Source: Antechinus flavipes
Lineage: Eukaryota
DNA length: 64,000 nt
Reading direction: 5' to 3'
Assembly: GCF_016432865.1 (NCBI RefSeq)
Contig: NC_067402.1
Location: 187,116,001-187,180,000, forward strand
In this document: positions 27,301 through 40,008 of the stretch, one piece after another
How positions within the stretch are numbered: position 1 is the stretch's first letter
Layout of the letters: each line of letters begins with the position of its first letter
Program-made: the position numbers and the translations under genes
Notes under the pieces: generated by a model
Database searches by the model: none
What the model saw: only the letters and a program-made list of their open reading frames with translations
What the model was told of the DNA's origin: nothing

Positions 27301-27519
27301 TTTTTAAGTAACCAGAGAACTTCAAGTGCTTTAGCACACTCTAAATTTAGCACCCTGGAAAAAAGCTCCAGTTACTCCACCCTAGTTACAACTCTGCAAA
27401 TACAAGTCACTACTATGACTTGGACCAAGTTGAGAAAAGCCCCATATATATCTATCACTCCTCAGGCCTCCAGGAAACTGCTCAGTTGGCTCTGTGCATC
27501 AGGAGGAAATAGTACCCAC

Positions 27520-27735
27520 CACAGAAGCCTGGCTCTCTCCACTCGATCATAATGCCCTTCCTGGCACAGGCTGAGGCATAGCTGGCCACTGCGGAGCACA
27601 AGCAGTCTTTTCCACTGGAGCAAGAGCAGACATCATAGTGGCAATTTTTCAAATAGGGAGTTGGGCTGATCACAGGATGGCACGGCTCAAACTTGGAAGA
27701 CGTCAAGAGAGAACAAGATTCCTCAGCATATTTGG
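27520..27735 (-). CDS. VWF: VWF exon 15 (D2 C8)
   Basis: ttcctttaag|CC AAA...TGT G|gtgggt; 216 nt; (T)[71 protein letters not shown]. Confidence 0.98.
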
Positions 27736-29304
27736 CTTAAAGGAAAGACAAGAAGAGAGCCTGTTGTAATGCTTTTCCCCGGACACCATGGCAGATGTTA
27801 CACATCAGTCGTACACAAGGATTATTCATCAACAAACTAAATAAAAATAATGTCAATTCTCAATCATGCATAAAGATAGAAGAAAGTGTAATCCAATACA
27901 GCAATTGATCCATAAATGGCAAAATAAAAAAAAATGCTTTTAAAAGAATTTTTTTAACTATACTATAATATAAATAATGTGTATATATGATGTATATATA
28001 TACGCATACACATGTACATTATACATACATATACATATATACTATAAATATCCTCAGCTTGATATGTCTTCTGAATCACAGCAATACAATTCAGTATTGG
28101 GAAGGAACTTCAATACCTAGTCCACACTCATTTTATAGATGAATAAACTGGAGCCCAGAGAAGGGAGTTATTTGTCCAACATGACATGGAGTAAGCAGCA
28201 AAGCCAGAATTTGCATCCTGGCCTTCTGACTTATTCTGCTGTGTCAGACAGTCTATTACAAGGTGCTTGACCCAGGTTTTTAATAAAAGAGAATTTGAAT
28301 TCCTTAGGTCAACAAAGATTGCGGTAGATGGACCAGAAGTTGTCAGTTGGGGTGTGATGGACCAAGTATCAAAGCAGACCAGGGTTTGAATTTTGGTCTC
28401 CTGTTTAACCTAGACAAATTGCCCATCCTCTCCAGATTTCAATTTTCTCATTTGTAAAATGAGAGTAATATAATCATTGCATAATTTACCTCCTGAAGTT
28501 GTTGGGAGGAAAACATTCCATAAAATGAAAAGCACCTCATAAATATGAGTTATTCTCAATATTTCTCCATTTGAATCCTACTCCGTTTTCTCACTGTGAT
28601 GTCCTGGCTGTAGCAAGTCCTACTAAATTGGAAAGGTTCATAAGATTCCAGATTAGAAGCTGTGAGAGACTTTGAGCTCAGTTTTGGATGAAGCTTAATG
28701 TGTCTAATATCCAAAGGATTGTTGGCTAAGTTTCACAAAACATGATCATGAGACAATAAATTTTTTCAGCCACAGCAGTTTCCAAAGACTATCTACTAAG
28801 ATATGGACAGACTGGCAATCTGTGTCAATGAAGAGAGTACTCCCATCCATAGATCATCAAAGTTTTTAAGTATTATTTTCATTATCATATTTTTAAATTA
28901 GATGATAGAAGAAGGATGCTTACCTTAGGGCCCATGAATTTTTTATAGATAAACTATTTCAAAATAATTGCTTTGTAATCCCCTGTACTTAATTCTATGT
29001 TCATTTAAAAATATAATTCTAAAGAAATGTCCATAGTTTATAGAAATGTTCATCAGTTTGCTAAAGGAATTAAGGATACAAAAAAAAAAAAAGGTTGAGC
29101 CTCTGTGACAGAGAAAAGCCAATGGAAAGCTAAAAAAAAAAAAAAAATGCAGATTTGCCTAGAAAACATGCAATATGCATATAATTAAGAGTTGACTATA
29201 AAACAGGTGCCTCAGCCCAGTCCTCCCTTCTGTACCCCACTATTACACACAATTTAAGATAATCACATTCAGTCACTGCCCAGTCTCCTTTCGGGAATAC
29301 ATAC

Positions 29305-29500
29305 TTAACCGAGGGTTAAGATTACAGGGGTCACTATTCTGTTTCAGCAAATCTTGGCAATCTCCATTGAGTTTCCAGCAGTTTCCAAAATCTTCCACCA
29401 AAGGCTCTATCAGCCCCGAAGGGGTGAGAAAGTCATCTCCTTTGTTGCCATTGTAATTTCCACACAGGCCACAAGTCTTCCCAGCATATACTGGAGACAG
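29305..29500 (-). CDS. VWF: VWF exon 14 (D2, CGLC motif)
   Basis: ctttcctcag|CTG...TTA A|gtatgt; 196 nt; [65 protein letters not shown]. Confidence 0.98.
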
Positions 29501-32417
29501 CTGAGGAAAGATTTGACAAGACTGGCTGAGAGAGCTCTTCCAAGCAGCAACCATTTCATTTTGCTAATGATTGTTATAATCAAATGGCTTTCAGATTCAA
29601 AAATAAATCTAGATTTAATAAAAAGCAGCTGAACCTCAGGATACTGGAAAAATGAGAGTTCTCTGCAGTTCATTTGCTCTGCCAATCTATTTATCAGCCT
29701 TCAAAACCCTGAATAATAGAATTTTGGATTGGAGAGAACAAGACAACAATCATTTATTCTAATAATAACTCCCACGTATTTATGGTTTATAGTACACTTG
29801 CCTCATAACAACTTTATCAAGTGGATCGTGTAGATATTACAGTCTTCATTTGTAAAATGAGGAAGCCAGTGTCCCACAGGGAAAATGTCTTACCTACTGT
29901 CAGATAGCTCATAAGGGTCCCCTTCCTCCAAGAGGCAGCTAGATGGTGGGACCTGAAGTTAGGAAGATCTAAGTTTGAACTTTAGTCATTTAACTAGATA
30001 GTTGGATGAACCTAGGAAAAGCATGGCTGTCTCAGTTTCCTCAACTGTAAAATGGAGAAAATAATAATAGCACCTCTCTACCACACACCAGGGTTGTATG
30101 AGAATTAAATTAAATAATACTTACATGGTGCTGGCACATAATCAGCATTATATAAATGTTAGCTATAATAACTTTTATTAATAATAAATACTTATTTCCT
30201 TTCTTCCTTCAAGGTCTAGTGCACTTCCTCTATATCAGTTCCTCTCAAAAACAGAGACCTTTGCTCAAAGCATGTCTCTTCCATGTTAACTTTCCTCAAT
30301 TAATCCCACTAACCTGTGGTCCCTCAGCTTTTATGTATTTATTCTATGATGAATTAGAATCATAAGTTCCAGTGATGAGATGACCTAGTTCTACCTCTTC
30401 ATTTTACAAATAAAGTAACTACCTCAATCATAATTCTAGAGCTGGAAGGCACTTTAGAGGCCAAACTAATCCAATCTGCTCATTTTACACATGGAGAAAC
30501 TGAGGCAAGGTAATAACTGGATGAAACCTAGATCTTCTGACTCCAAATACAACATTCTTTCCATATACTCCAACTTGAATATATTTTGAGTGCATATATA
30601 TATTCTATTTGTTGTGTGGGATTTTTTTTGTGTAAGCACTCTGTCCCTCCTATCAGGTCATTAGCTGCTCAAGAACTATATTCTTCTCTAAGTTTCAGGG
30701 TTTTTTTCATCTCTAATGTGATACTTTTAACTACTTTCTCTGTGAGAGACTCAAATGTAATGAGAGAAATAAAGCTTTAATAAATAGGAACTCTCACTAT
30801 CTATCTTATTTCTTTCACTGTTCCGCATAGCACCAAACAGAAGGCTTGGCAAACAATGGACATTGAGAATTCAATCTTAAGTGACTGACCTTTCCTCAGG
30901 GATCTCAAAGCATCTAATAAGAACATTAATTCAGTCCCACTGAACAAATTGTATATCTGAATGGCTGCCAGCATACTTGTGGAGAGAATGGAGAAAGAAA
31001 ACACTGCTTCTCCCTAATTCAAGGAAGAAGATTGGGAAGGAATAAGTGAAGCATAAGTAGGGAAATAAGCTTGGATGACTAACTCACTTGGGATCAGGAT
31101 AAACAATTACTTTAAGATTAAAGAATAGAAAAACAATCCAGAGATAAGAGTGTCTCTCCAGATACACATATTAGCCTTCCCAAAACCCATTAGCCCCTGA
31201 ATGTCAAACCATAGACAAAACATCAATGAGCCCCAAATGGCTCAGCTTTGAGGAGTGGCTGAGACTAGAAGAAACAGGGCAGAATAACTGGCAAGGAGTC
31301 TGAGGGCATGTGCCAGGAAGACTATCTCAATTCTGAAGGACTCTAGATGCCATGGTACATAACTCCCTTATTTTACAGAAACAAAGAGCATTTTGCCCAG
31401 GGGGCCACACAAGTAGTAACATCTAAGGCAGAATTTGAATCTCAGTCTTCCAGTGCTCTATCCTGATGACCTAGGAGATCCATAAGGCAATTACAACTTT
31501 AAAAACCCCTAGACTATTTCTAATTTCCCATCATTCATGCCTTTATCAGTTTATGTCCACAATAACCACTTATTAAATTTAAATTGAGACCCCTTTTCCC
31601 ACATTGTATAGATGAGGTTTTATTTGGCACCAAGACTGGGAAGTACATCTATCTAAGAGTGCTATCTCCTACTCTTATGAGTCTTCCACAAAACCAAAAA
31701 ACTACCCTGGGGTCTTCCGAGGCCCAATGGGCTACATTTTAGGATCCTTTCCAAATTCTAAGAGCTGTAAATCTATGTTTCTGTGAAACAGATTAGGTTC
31801 TCAGAACAATACTTAACATAGGAAATCATCTCTGGACAAATGCAAAGTAATTGAAGTATAATTGTGGATTTCTTGATTTTACTAGCAATGTTCCTCTTCT
31901 TTCTCCTAATATCCCTTTTTTTTCTACCCTCTAGGCCAGAGGTTGTTAAATTATTTTGAGGTCATAGACCTCTGATTGCCTGGTAAAGTCAATGGATTAC
32001 TTCTCAGAATGCTTTTGGGTACATAGAAAAAAAGTATATAGGATTATAAAGGAAGCTAATTATATAGAAATGTATCAATACTTGTATATTTTTTAAATAA
32101 ACTCATAGACTCTATATTAGGAATGTCTATTCTGGCTCTGACCCTGTGATAAAAGATCACTCTATCCTTAGGGTCTATCGCCTTGGGATCCTCTGAATCC
32201 CTAAAGCTAAAGAATCTCAATGAATGGCAGCAGCCAGAAACCAAAAGCCAGATTACAGGAAATAAGAGAATCCTGTTCTTAACTCTGAGAGAACTTAGCT
32301 TAGAAAATGAGATTCTTTCTCCATCGCACAAAGCCAGTCTTGCTTCAAGTACAAGGGGACATTGTGAGGGGCCCTGGCCGTTGGACATGAAGGGGGAGGT
32401 TCTCAAAGGAGACTTGC

Positions 32418-32518
32418 CTTCACCAGCAGCTTCCCACTCCCATCCCAGTCTATCTGCAGGTCCTCTCCATAGGTAAGGCGCAGGGAGGCCATCACGGTCC
32501 TCTGTATCCTGAGATCTC
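32418..32518 (-). CDS. VWF: VWF exon 13 (ends at a GC donor)
   Basis: ctgttttag|GA GAT...GTG AAG|gcaagt; 101 nt; (G)[33 protein letters not shown]. Length and phase require the GC donor. Confidence 0.95.
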
Positions 32519-32910
32519 CTAAAACAGAGCAGGCAGCAGGATTTAGGCAAGGCAGGGTGAAGGGGAGTAGGAAGAACATGCGGATGGCTCTAACAACGGA
32601 AAAATGCAGCGCGATGTAGGGGAGGTTGAGCATCCCAGGAAAGAAGTCAAAGTGAGTGTGGAGTTTGGAGGAAGATATCTGCATTCCCTCATCTTGTACT
32701 ATCTCTCTGTTGCCACCAGAGGGTGACAAAGGCCGCTGTTCATTAAGATTGACCCGCAGAGTTTGAAATAAAATGCTCATTTCATCTGTATTTTGAAATT
32801 AAAAACTAGATTTGTGATTTCACTGGTTAAAGGAAACATCCAGGTGAAGAAACTTTTTCTATCATAGCAGATTCGGTGTCTTTTTTGTGTGGCTATTTAT
32901 AATGTTTTTA

Positions 32911-33300
32911 CAGATAGCTAGATAGGTAAATAGGTAGGTAGGCAGGTAGGTAGGTTAGGTAGGTAGGTAAGTAAGTAGGTAAATAGGTAGGTAAGTAGGT
33001 AGGTAGGTAGATACGTAGGTAAGTAAGTAGGTAGGTAAATAGGTAGTTAAGTAAGTAAGTAGGTAGGTAGGTAAATAGGTAATTAAGTAGGTAGGTAGGT
33101 AGGTAGTTAAGTAGGTAGGTAGGTAAATAGGTAGTTAAGTAGGTAGGTAGGTAAGTAAGCAGGTAAATAGGTAGGTAAGTAGGTAGGTAGGTAGGTAAAT
33201 AGGTAGGTAAGTAGGTAGATAGGTAGACAGACAGATAGGAAGTAGGTAGATAGACAAATAGGTAGACAAATAGGCAGTAGATAGATAGATTGATAATATA
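32911..33300. repeat. Degenerate (TAGG/TAAG/TAGA)n tetranucleotide array in intron 12
   Basis: About 390 bp of 4-bp periodicity; explains the LPTY-repeat ORFs. Confidence 0.95.
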
Positions 33301-34118
33301 TAGGTTTATACATATATGTGTATATTTTTTAAAATCTCTGCCATATATGTATAGTGTTTTACAACTAAAAGTCCTTTCATACACATTAGTTCATATGACC
33401 TTCAAAACAACCCTTTGAGATAACAACTCAGTGAGTTTTATTCTGTTGGATTCTAAACCCCACTTTACAGATGTTGTGGTTTGTCCTTCATTCTGGAAGA
33501 AAACTATGACATTAGGGAGGAAATGCCATTATATGCAAGTGGATGACAAACTGGTTAAGTAATTTGCCTAATGTTCCATGATTAATAAAGGACAAAATGA
33601 AGACTGGAAGCAGATCTTCTAAAAGCTTGTCTTCTTTTACCTAGGTAGCTAGGGGGCAAAGTGCTTGGAGTTCTGGATCTGGAATCAAAAAGACCTGAGT
33701 TCAAATATAGCCTCAAATACTAGTAGTATTATCCTAGATGATTCATTTAATCTCTATCTATCTCAGTTTCCTCGACTGCAAAATTCAAATGATAATAGCA
33801 CCTACTTCCCAGGTTGTGAAGATCAAATGAGATACTATTTATAAAAAGTGCTTAGCACAGTACCTGGAATATGGCACTTAATAAATGCATATTTCCCTCA
33901 CCATACAAACACTAATTTAAAATACAAGGGCTTTGCTAGAATACACAAAGAGAACATGAAGATGGAGTTAGTTTGAAAAGAGTTCATGCAATTTTGAAGA
34001 AACAAAATCTTAAACATGAAAAAGAACAGGTAAGAATATAAGAAGAAGTGAGCCATTCAGTATGGAGGAAGAGAGGGAAAAGCACGAACCCTACCTTTGA
34101 GATACAAGGGATGTTTAC

Positions 34119-34257
34119 CTTGCATTAGCGGGATCTGAATGTCCTGTCCATCCAATGAGACCACCCCCCCATGCTTCAGTTTCACCATGCTGTTGTGCAG
34201 ATGGGAGAGCCGGAGGGTGACAGATCGAGTGCAAACAGCGTCAGGGTCATTGGCGCA
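34119..34257 (-). CDS. VWF: VWF exon 12
   Basis: ctctctccag|TGC...CAA G|gtaaac; 139 nt; [46 protein letters not shown]. An alternative in-frame donor lies 24 nt further on (see findings). Confidence 0.95.
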
Positions 34258-35481
34258 CTGGAGAGAGAGAGAAGAAGGATGAGGATTTTACACAGATACA
34301 AACAAACAACAAATGTATGTGTGTATATATGTAACATGTAAATATGTTATATATAAAGAGAGGCATAACAAAGTTATATAGCTATTATATAAATATACTT
34401 AAAATTAAAATACTTACCCCCATCCCATTATCCTTAAAACTGTCCCCACTCAGGAACAGAAATTTCTCAACTCCCTAAAGAAACTGGCCCTATTTATCAC
34501 CCAAGTTCCCTCTCTTTCCTTTGCCACCATTTTTTGGGGGGGGTCCAATGTTCACCATTGCTATGTTGTTTGTATATATGTGCATGTATATATGTATAAA
34601 TATGATTAAACTCTTATAATGCCCTTTGACCTTCATTTGCTATGGCAAAGATAAAAGACTATTAAATCCCAGCAAATGCCTAGAATACAAACCATTTAAG
34701 GCCTCTTGATTGTAACTTAACTGATCTGTCATTCCTGGAGCCAGGATAAACTAAAGAGTTTCTTCAAGTTCCTTCCAATAAAGATAACATGGGGGATTTC
34801 AAGCTAAAGAAGAGGCTAGATGAAATGATGAGATCACCTAGCCTAACCTAACTTAAGGCAAGGGGTTAGATTTGATGACCTCTAAATCCATAAATTTCCC
34901 TGAAAATCAAGATTCATGATTCAGAGATGATTTATGATTTCCTAAAGTAGCCCACTTCCTTTATAAACACTTCCAATTGCTGGAGGTTATTCTTTAAATC
35001 AAACCAAAATCTACTTCCCTGTTATTTCCACATACTAGTGCTAGGACTTCATTTTGGGCCAAAGTAATCCTTCTTCCACATAGAAACCCTTCAAATTCTT
35101 GAAGCTAATTCGCAATGTCTTCTCTTTTATAGGCTAATCACCTCTAGTTCCTTCAACCAATCATCTTAAGGCATGCTTTTGTGTCTCTTCATCATCACCA
35201 TCCTTTGGACTCATTTGTTTGTCCTTGTCTTTCCTAAAATATGACCCCTAAAACTAAACATATTAAACCAGATGGAATCTGAGCAATCTTACTCTAGTAC
35301 AATGAAACTAAAACTTCTCTAGTCCTAGACACTATTTGTCTAATGAACACAAAATAAAATACTTGGAAAAGAGATGTGTTTCTTTCATATAAATACAGTG
35401 ACTCTGTGTTCCCATTGCTCCAGAGGGAGTTTTCACTATCTCCTCCCCCAACCATTCATTTGGACACAAATAGCAACTCAC

Positions 35482-35618
35482 CTGGACGGTTTCTATGATG
35501 ATAGAGAAGGTATTATCCTGGCAGTCCCGAGCCAATAAATATTGGCAAATTCCACTGAAGGTAAAGTACTTGTTGTCAAAACTCTTGAAATGGGACTGAC
35601 CTGTTACCAGACACTCCC
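35482..35618 (-). CDS. VWF: VWF exon 11 (start of D2)
   Basis: ttcctccag|GG GAG...GTC CAG|gtgagt; 137 nt; (G)[45 protein letters not shown]. Confidence 0.98.
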
Positions 35619-36054
35619 CTGGAGGAACACAAAGGAGAGGAAGAAGAAGAGAAGAATTTCATAAAATATGGAAAAAGTACAAGGCAAAATTATCAGCAAA
35701 TCAATTTTTCCACATTTCTAAGCATATTCCTTTCCAATGCAGCTGAGAAATCATTCTCTAGAACTTTAAAGAAACTGAAAAAGACTCTTCTTATACTTGT
35801 TCACTCATCAAACCTTTATGGAATATTGTCAGAAGCAGGACAGAATACTAAGAAGAATAAAATGAAGGTGTTGTCTCAAAGACCTTACAGTCTGGTAGGA
35901 AAAATAATAAAATCCTAAGGAGGTCTGAATCTCAGAACCCATACAGTCCAAACCCTTTAATTTACAAATGAGGAAACTGAGGCCCAAAGAAGTTCTTTGG
36001 CTTGCCCAAGATCATATAGCTTAATATCAGAGAAGGATTTGAATCCAGGTTCTC

Positions 36055-37150
36055 TAAGAGGCTAGATAGAGGAGTGAATAGAGTAGACAGACTCATCTTC
36101 CTGAGTTCAAATCTCAGACATTAACTAGCTCTGTGATCCTGGACAAGTCACTTATTCATGTTTCCTCATAGAAAAAGACCAAAAAAATGGCAAGCTACTC
36201 TAGAATCTTTGCAAAAAAAAAAAAAAAAAAAAAGGAGTTAGGAAGAATCAGAGTAAGCTAAAACAAGTGAACAACAATAAACCTATGAGTCCAGAGGAGC
36301 CAGTGTTCTGTTTGATGACCTGATTATCATATACAAAATCAGCACAACACAAGATATATTATGATAAGTGCCATAAGAAAGAAGTTATGATATAATTGAA
36401 AAGATCATTAAATCTTGGTCTGGGAATTGCCAGGGGTCATGCATCTTTGCATCTCCACAGTCATTTTCTATCCTACTGCTGCTGCTAATGTTCTGCCCTC
36501 CAGATTATCACTCTGGAAGCCATTCAAGCCCAGGAGAAACTGGACCACTCAACTCTGAACTTCATGCAGCCCTGCATCCTTATTTTCTCCTTAGCCATCA
36601 TCTTTCCTCTTATTTTCACTTTCTACCTATTGCTCTGAGAATTATAATTAACATTACCATTGCCTTCAGATTTGGGGGACATGATCTCAATTTCAGACAC
36701 ATAGAATGACATCAGGGATTTAACAAGAATGAGAAGGAATTTTCTACCCCCAATTCAGATACTTGTCTGGGACCAAGCATCTTGAATTTGTACCAAGAGT
36801 AAATTGCTCAAAAGAAGACATAAAATGCCTGGGACATTCTGTGAGATTTAGTTGTCTGGCTGACTGGGTGTGGTGGCTCTCAGCTCTAAGCAATGCCCTA
36901 AAACATCTGGCTGCATTATTCCCTGCTACAAAGAGATTTTGTTGTTGTTATTGTTGTTCAATCATTTCAGTCATGTCCAACTCTTCATGACCGATTTTAG
37001 GGTTTTCTTGGCAAAGGTATTGTAATAATTTGCCATTTCCTTCTCCAGCTTATTTTTACAGATGAGGAACTGAGGCAAGCAAATTAAGTGATTCACCATG
37101 GATCACACAGCAAAGAAGGATCTGAGGTCACTTAGCTGTGCCCCCTTTTT
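36055..37150. mobile_element. Oppositely oriented Mar1-like SINEs (~36055-36280 plus; ~36938-37150 minus)
   Basis: Head gatagaggagtgaatagag...gagttcaaatc versus tail-first ttgttcaatcatttcagtcatgtccaactc. Confidence 0.7.
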
Positions 37151-39514
37151 TATTAGTTGTTATACCCCAGTAGGTGACAGCAAAAAGCAGCAGATTTGTG
37201 TGTTATCAGAGAACAGTTCAGAAGAAATAATGGTCAGAAAAAATAGAGAGCAACACAGGGACATCAGCAGCAGGCATCACTGCAATTCTGCTGTGTCTGG
37301 ATAGCCTCTGGGGTTCCTCCTAGATCAAGACTTAAGAACCTAAGATCCATGATTCTGTATGAGTTCTCCCAATCATGAACACACCCTGGACACACTGATC
37401 TCTATATTTGGGTACTCCATCCATGTACCCTGATCACAGTGATTTCCTGGAATGTGTACCCTTGTATCCAATAAATGTTCCCTGGACACAGAAGTTATCT
37501 TTGTGGGAGCTCTGCAAATGCTTTCCTTAATTATGTATTTTTATATGTATATGCCCTCCTCCACTGGAGGTATGATCATTTGGGAAAAGGTACACCTGAT
37601 ATATGCATAGGAGACTTTTAAAAATTACTTTATTTGTTGTATTATTTCATAAATGTCTATAACTTTGAGCTAATATGCCCTCTACTTGACTTAAAAAATA
37701 AATACATTAGTGAGGGGTTATTAGCTATGGTTTGAGATGCTGACCCATAGAATGCCTTAAACATCAGGTAGCTTTCTAGGGGGTCCAGGTGCTACATTCA
37801 TAAAGAGTGTTATTTTTAAATGTCCTTGAGTTGTGATTTCTGAGCTAGGTTTGCAGGACTTTACTGAACCCATTATTATAATTTCTCAATGGCAAAATAC
37901 ATCACCAGGTATTTTGAATAGCAAATGAGCAATACCAATGATCCCTAGGAATTCTTGAAACTCCAGAGGAGAGTTCAGTACCCTACACTTTCACCAGGTC
38001 TCTAAAGAGACAATTCTCAGAGCAACTTCACAATTCCCCGCTCCCCCCATCCTGTTCATATGCCCCAGCTGCCTTCCTACAGTTCCAGCCCCATGACTGC
38101 ATCCTGGACCAATGAAGGGCTAGGAACGCCATCTGGCCATGATCTCATCACCGGTGCCTGGGAAGTACCGACATCAGCAACTTAAATACCCAGCCCAGGC
38201 TGACACTGTCTGTGGGTTAAAAACTAAATCCTTTCCCTACCCCAAAATACTCCCTTAGGCCTACTATGTTACCTTAGTCTCTCTGTCTCAACCTTCTGGC
38301 TCCCTGGGATTAGTTTGCTGCCTTCCAGACATACCACATTCTAGGGGACATTTGTCCAGATTGGGGTCTCTGCCAACACTCCAATGCTCCCTACTCCTCC
38401 CCTTTGCTCAGGGCACCCCCTGCTCTTGGCCTGAGGCAACTGCCCACAATGGATGCATTGAGGCTTAAAGAGCAGCCTGGAATTCTTCCCAATTTCTCTT
38501 TGTAGTGTTTCTTCTGTCTATTCTCATCTTTGTCCCTATAGTTGTAGACTTTAAAGAAAAAGAAAAATATGTGTAAAGATTTTTCATCTCTAAAACTAAT
38601 AACACATATACAATTATTAGTGTATATAGTGTAATAAAACATATATGTGTGGATAGAGAATACTGCAGCTACAGTATAGATACACACATATATATAAACA
38701 CATAATAGATAGATAGATAGACAGATATACCATATCATTTCTAAAAAAGAAATGCCTTAAATATTTGGTTTTAGGGATTGAAAACAACAGACTAGATCTA
38801 AGGACTGGGGTCCCTTTAAGAGATAGTCCTATAACCAGAAACATCCTGGCTTCTGTCCAGGGGCTAACAATAGGCCCTGTCAGACAGCCAGGGAGTCACC
38901 AAGGGCAACAAGGGAGATTCCATCTATCCTTCTGTTTAAAGCTGGACTCTCTTTGATGAATCTAGGCTGGAGCCTTTCTCTTTGAGTCTCCACAGGCCTG
39001 TTAGTTTCTCTGGTTGGAACCTTCCCATATCCAAAGACAGTCAAAGTATTCATCAGGTATAAAAGTTAAAAGCAGACAGTCCAGTAGATCTTAGGAAATG
39101 AGCAACTCTTTTATCTGTTTAGAAACTAGAACTGCCTCTTAAATAACTAAAGAAATGAAACCGTTACCTATATTCCAAGCTTCTACCTAGTCTTTTTTAG
39201 AAATAAGGGAAATGGAAGGACATCTGACTTTCTCCTATGAGCAGCAATCCCATAGGTCCTGATTCATGCCACAGGATCTATGTATGAGAGGATACTCATT
39301 GTCTACTCTCTCTAACAATACAGTACCAGGTGCTCCCCACATCCACCTTAGGGAAAAACAGGGAAGAAAAGGAATAGGAAGTCATTATTACCAAAGACTC
39401 TGAAGGAAACCTTGATTGTAGATATGATAGAAATACACAAGAGCAGGGGGAAGGAATAGAAAAAAGGAAAAAGTCTAGTTAAAAGAATGCTAGACAGGAC
39501 CAGGAGATCATTAG

Positions 39515-40008
39515 ATACTTCAACAACAATACTATATATGATCAGTTCTGATGGCCGTGGCTCTCTTCAACAATGAGATGACCCAAATTAATTCCAATAG
39601 AGCAGTAATAATTGAACTATAGGGACAAAGATGAGAATAGACAGAAGAATAATTGAACACCTAGCAAAAGAACTCTGGGAGATGACTATGAACCACTACA
39701 CAGAATTCCCAATCCCTCTATTTTTGTCTGCCTGCATTTTTTATTTCCTTCACAGGTTAATTGTACACTATTTCAAAGTGTGATTCTTCTTATGCAGCAA
39801 AATAACTGTATGGACATGTATGTGTATATTGTATTTAACTTATACTTTAACATATTTTACATGTTAATGCCATCTGGGGGAAGGGGTGGGGTGAAGGAGG
39901 GGAAAAATTGGAACAAAAGGTTTTGCAATTATCAATGCTGAAAAATTACCCATGCATATATTTTATAAATAAAAAGCTATAATAAAAATAATTAAATGTA
40001 AAAAAAAA
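39515..40008 (+). mobile_element. L1 3' UTR fragment carrying a short internal insertion
   Basis: gatcagttctgatgg...aaagaactctgggagatgactatgaacc...aataaaaagctataataaaaa plus an A tail; insertion at 39618-39647. Confidence 0.85.

Noticed and set aside
32908-33384. LPTY-repeat ORFs
   Set aside because: Translation of the TAGG microsatellite.
38100-38200. CCAAT (38109) plus TTAAATA (38182) as an antisense promoter
   Set aside because: Spacing is atypical and such short motifs occur by chance; the same applies to TATAAATA near 21238.
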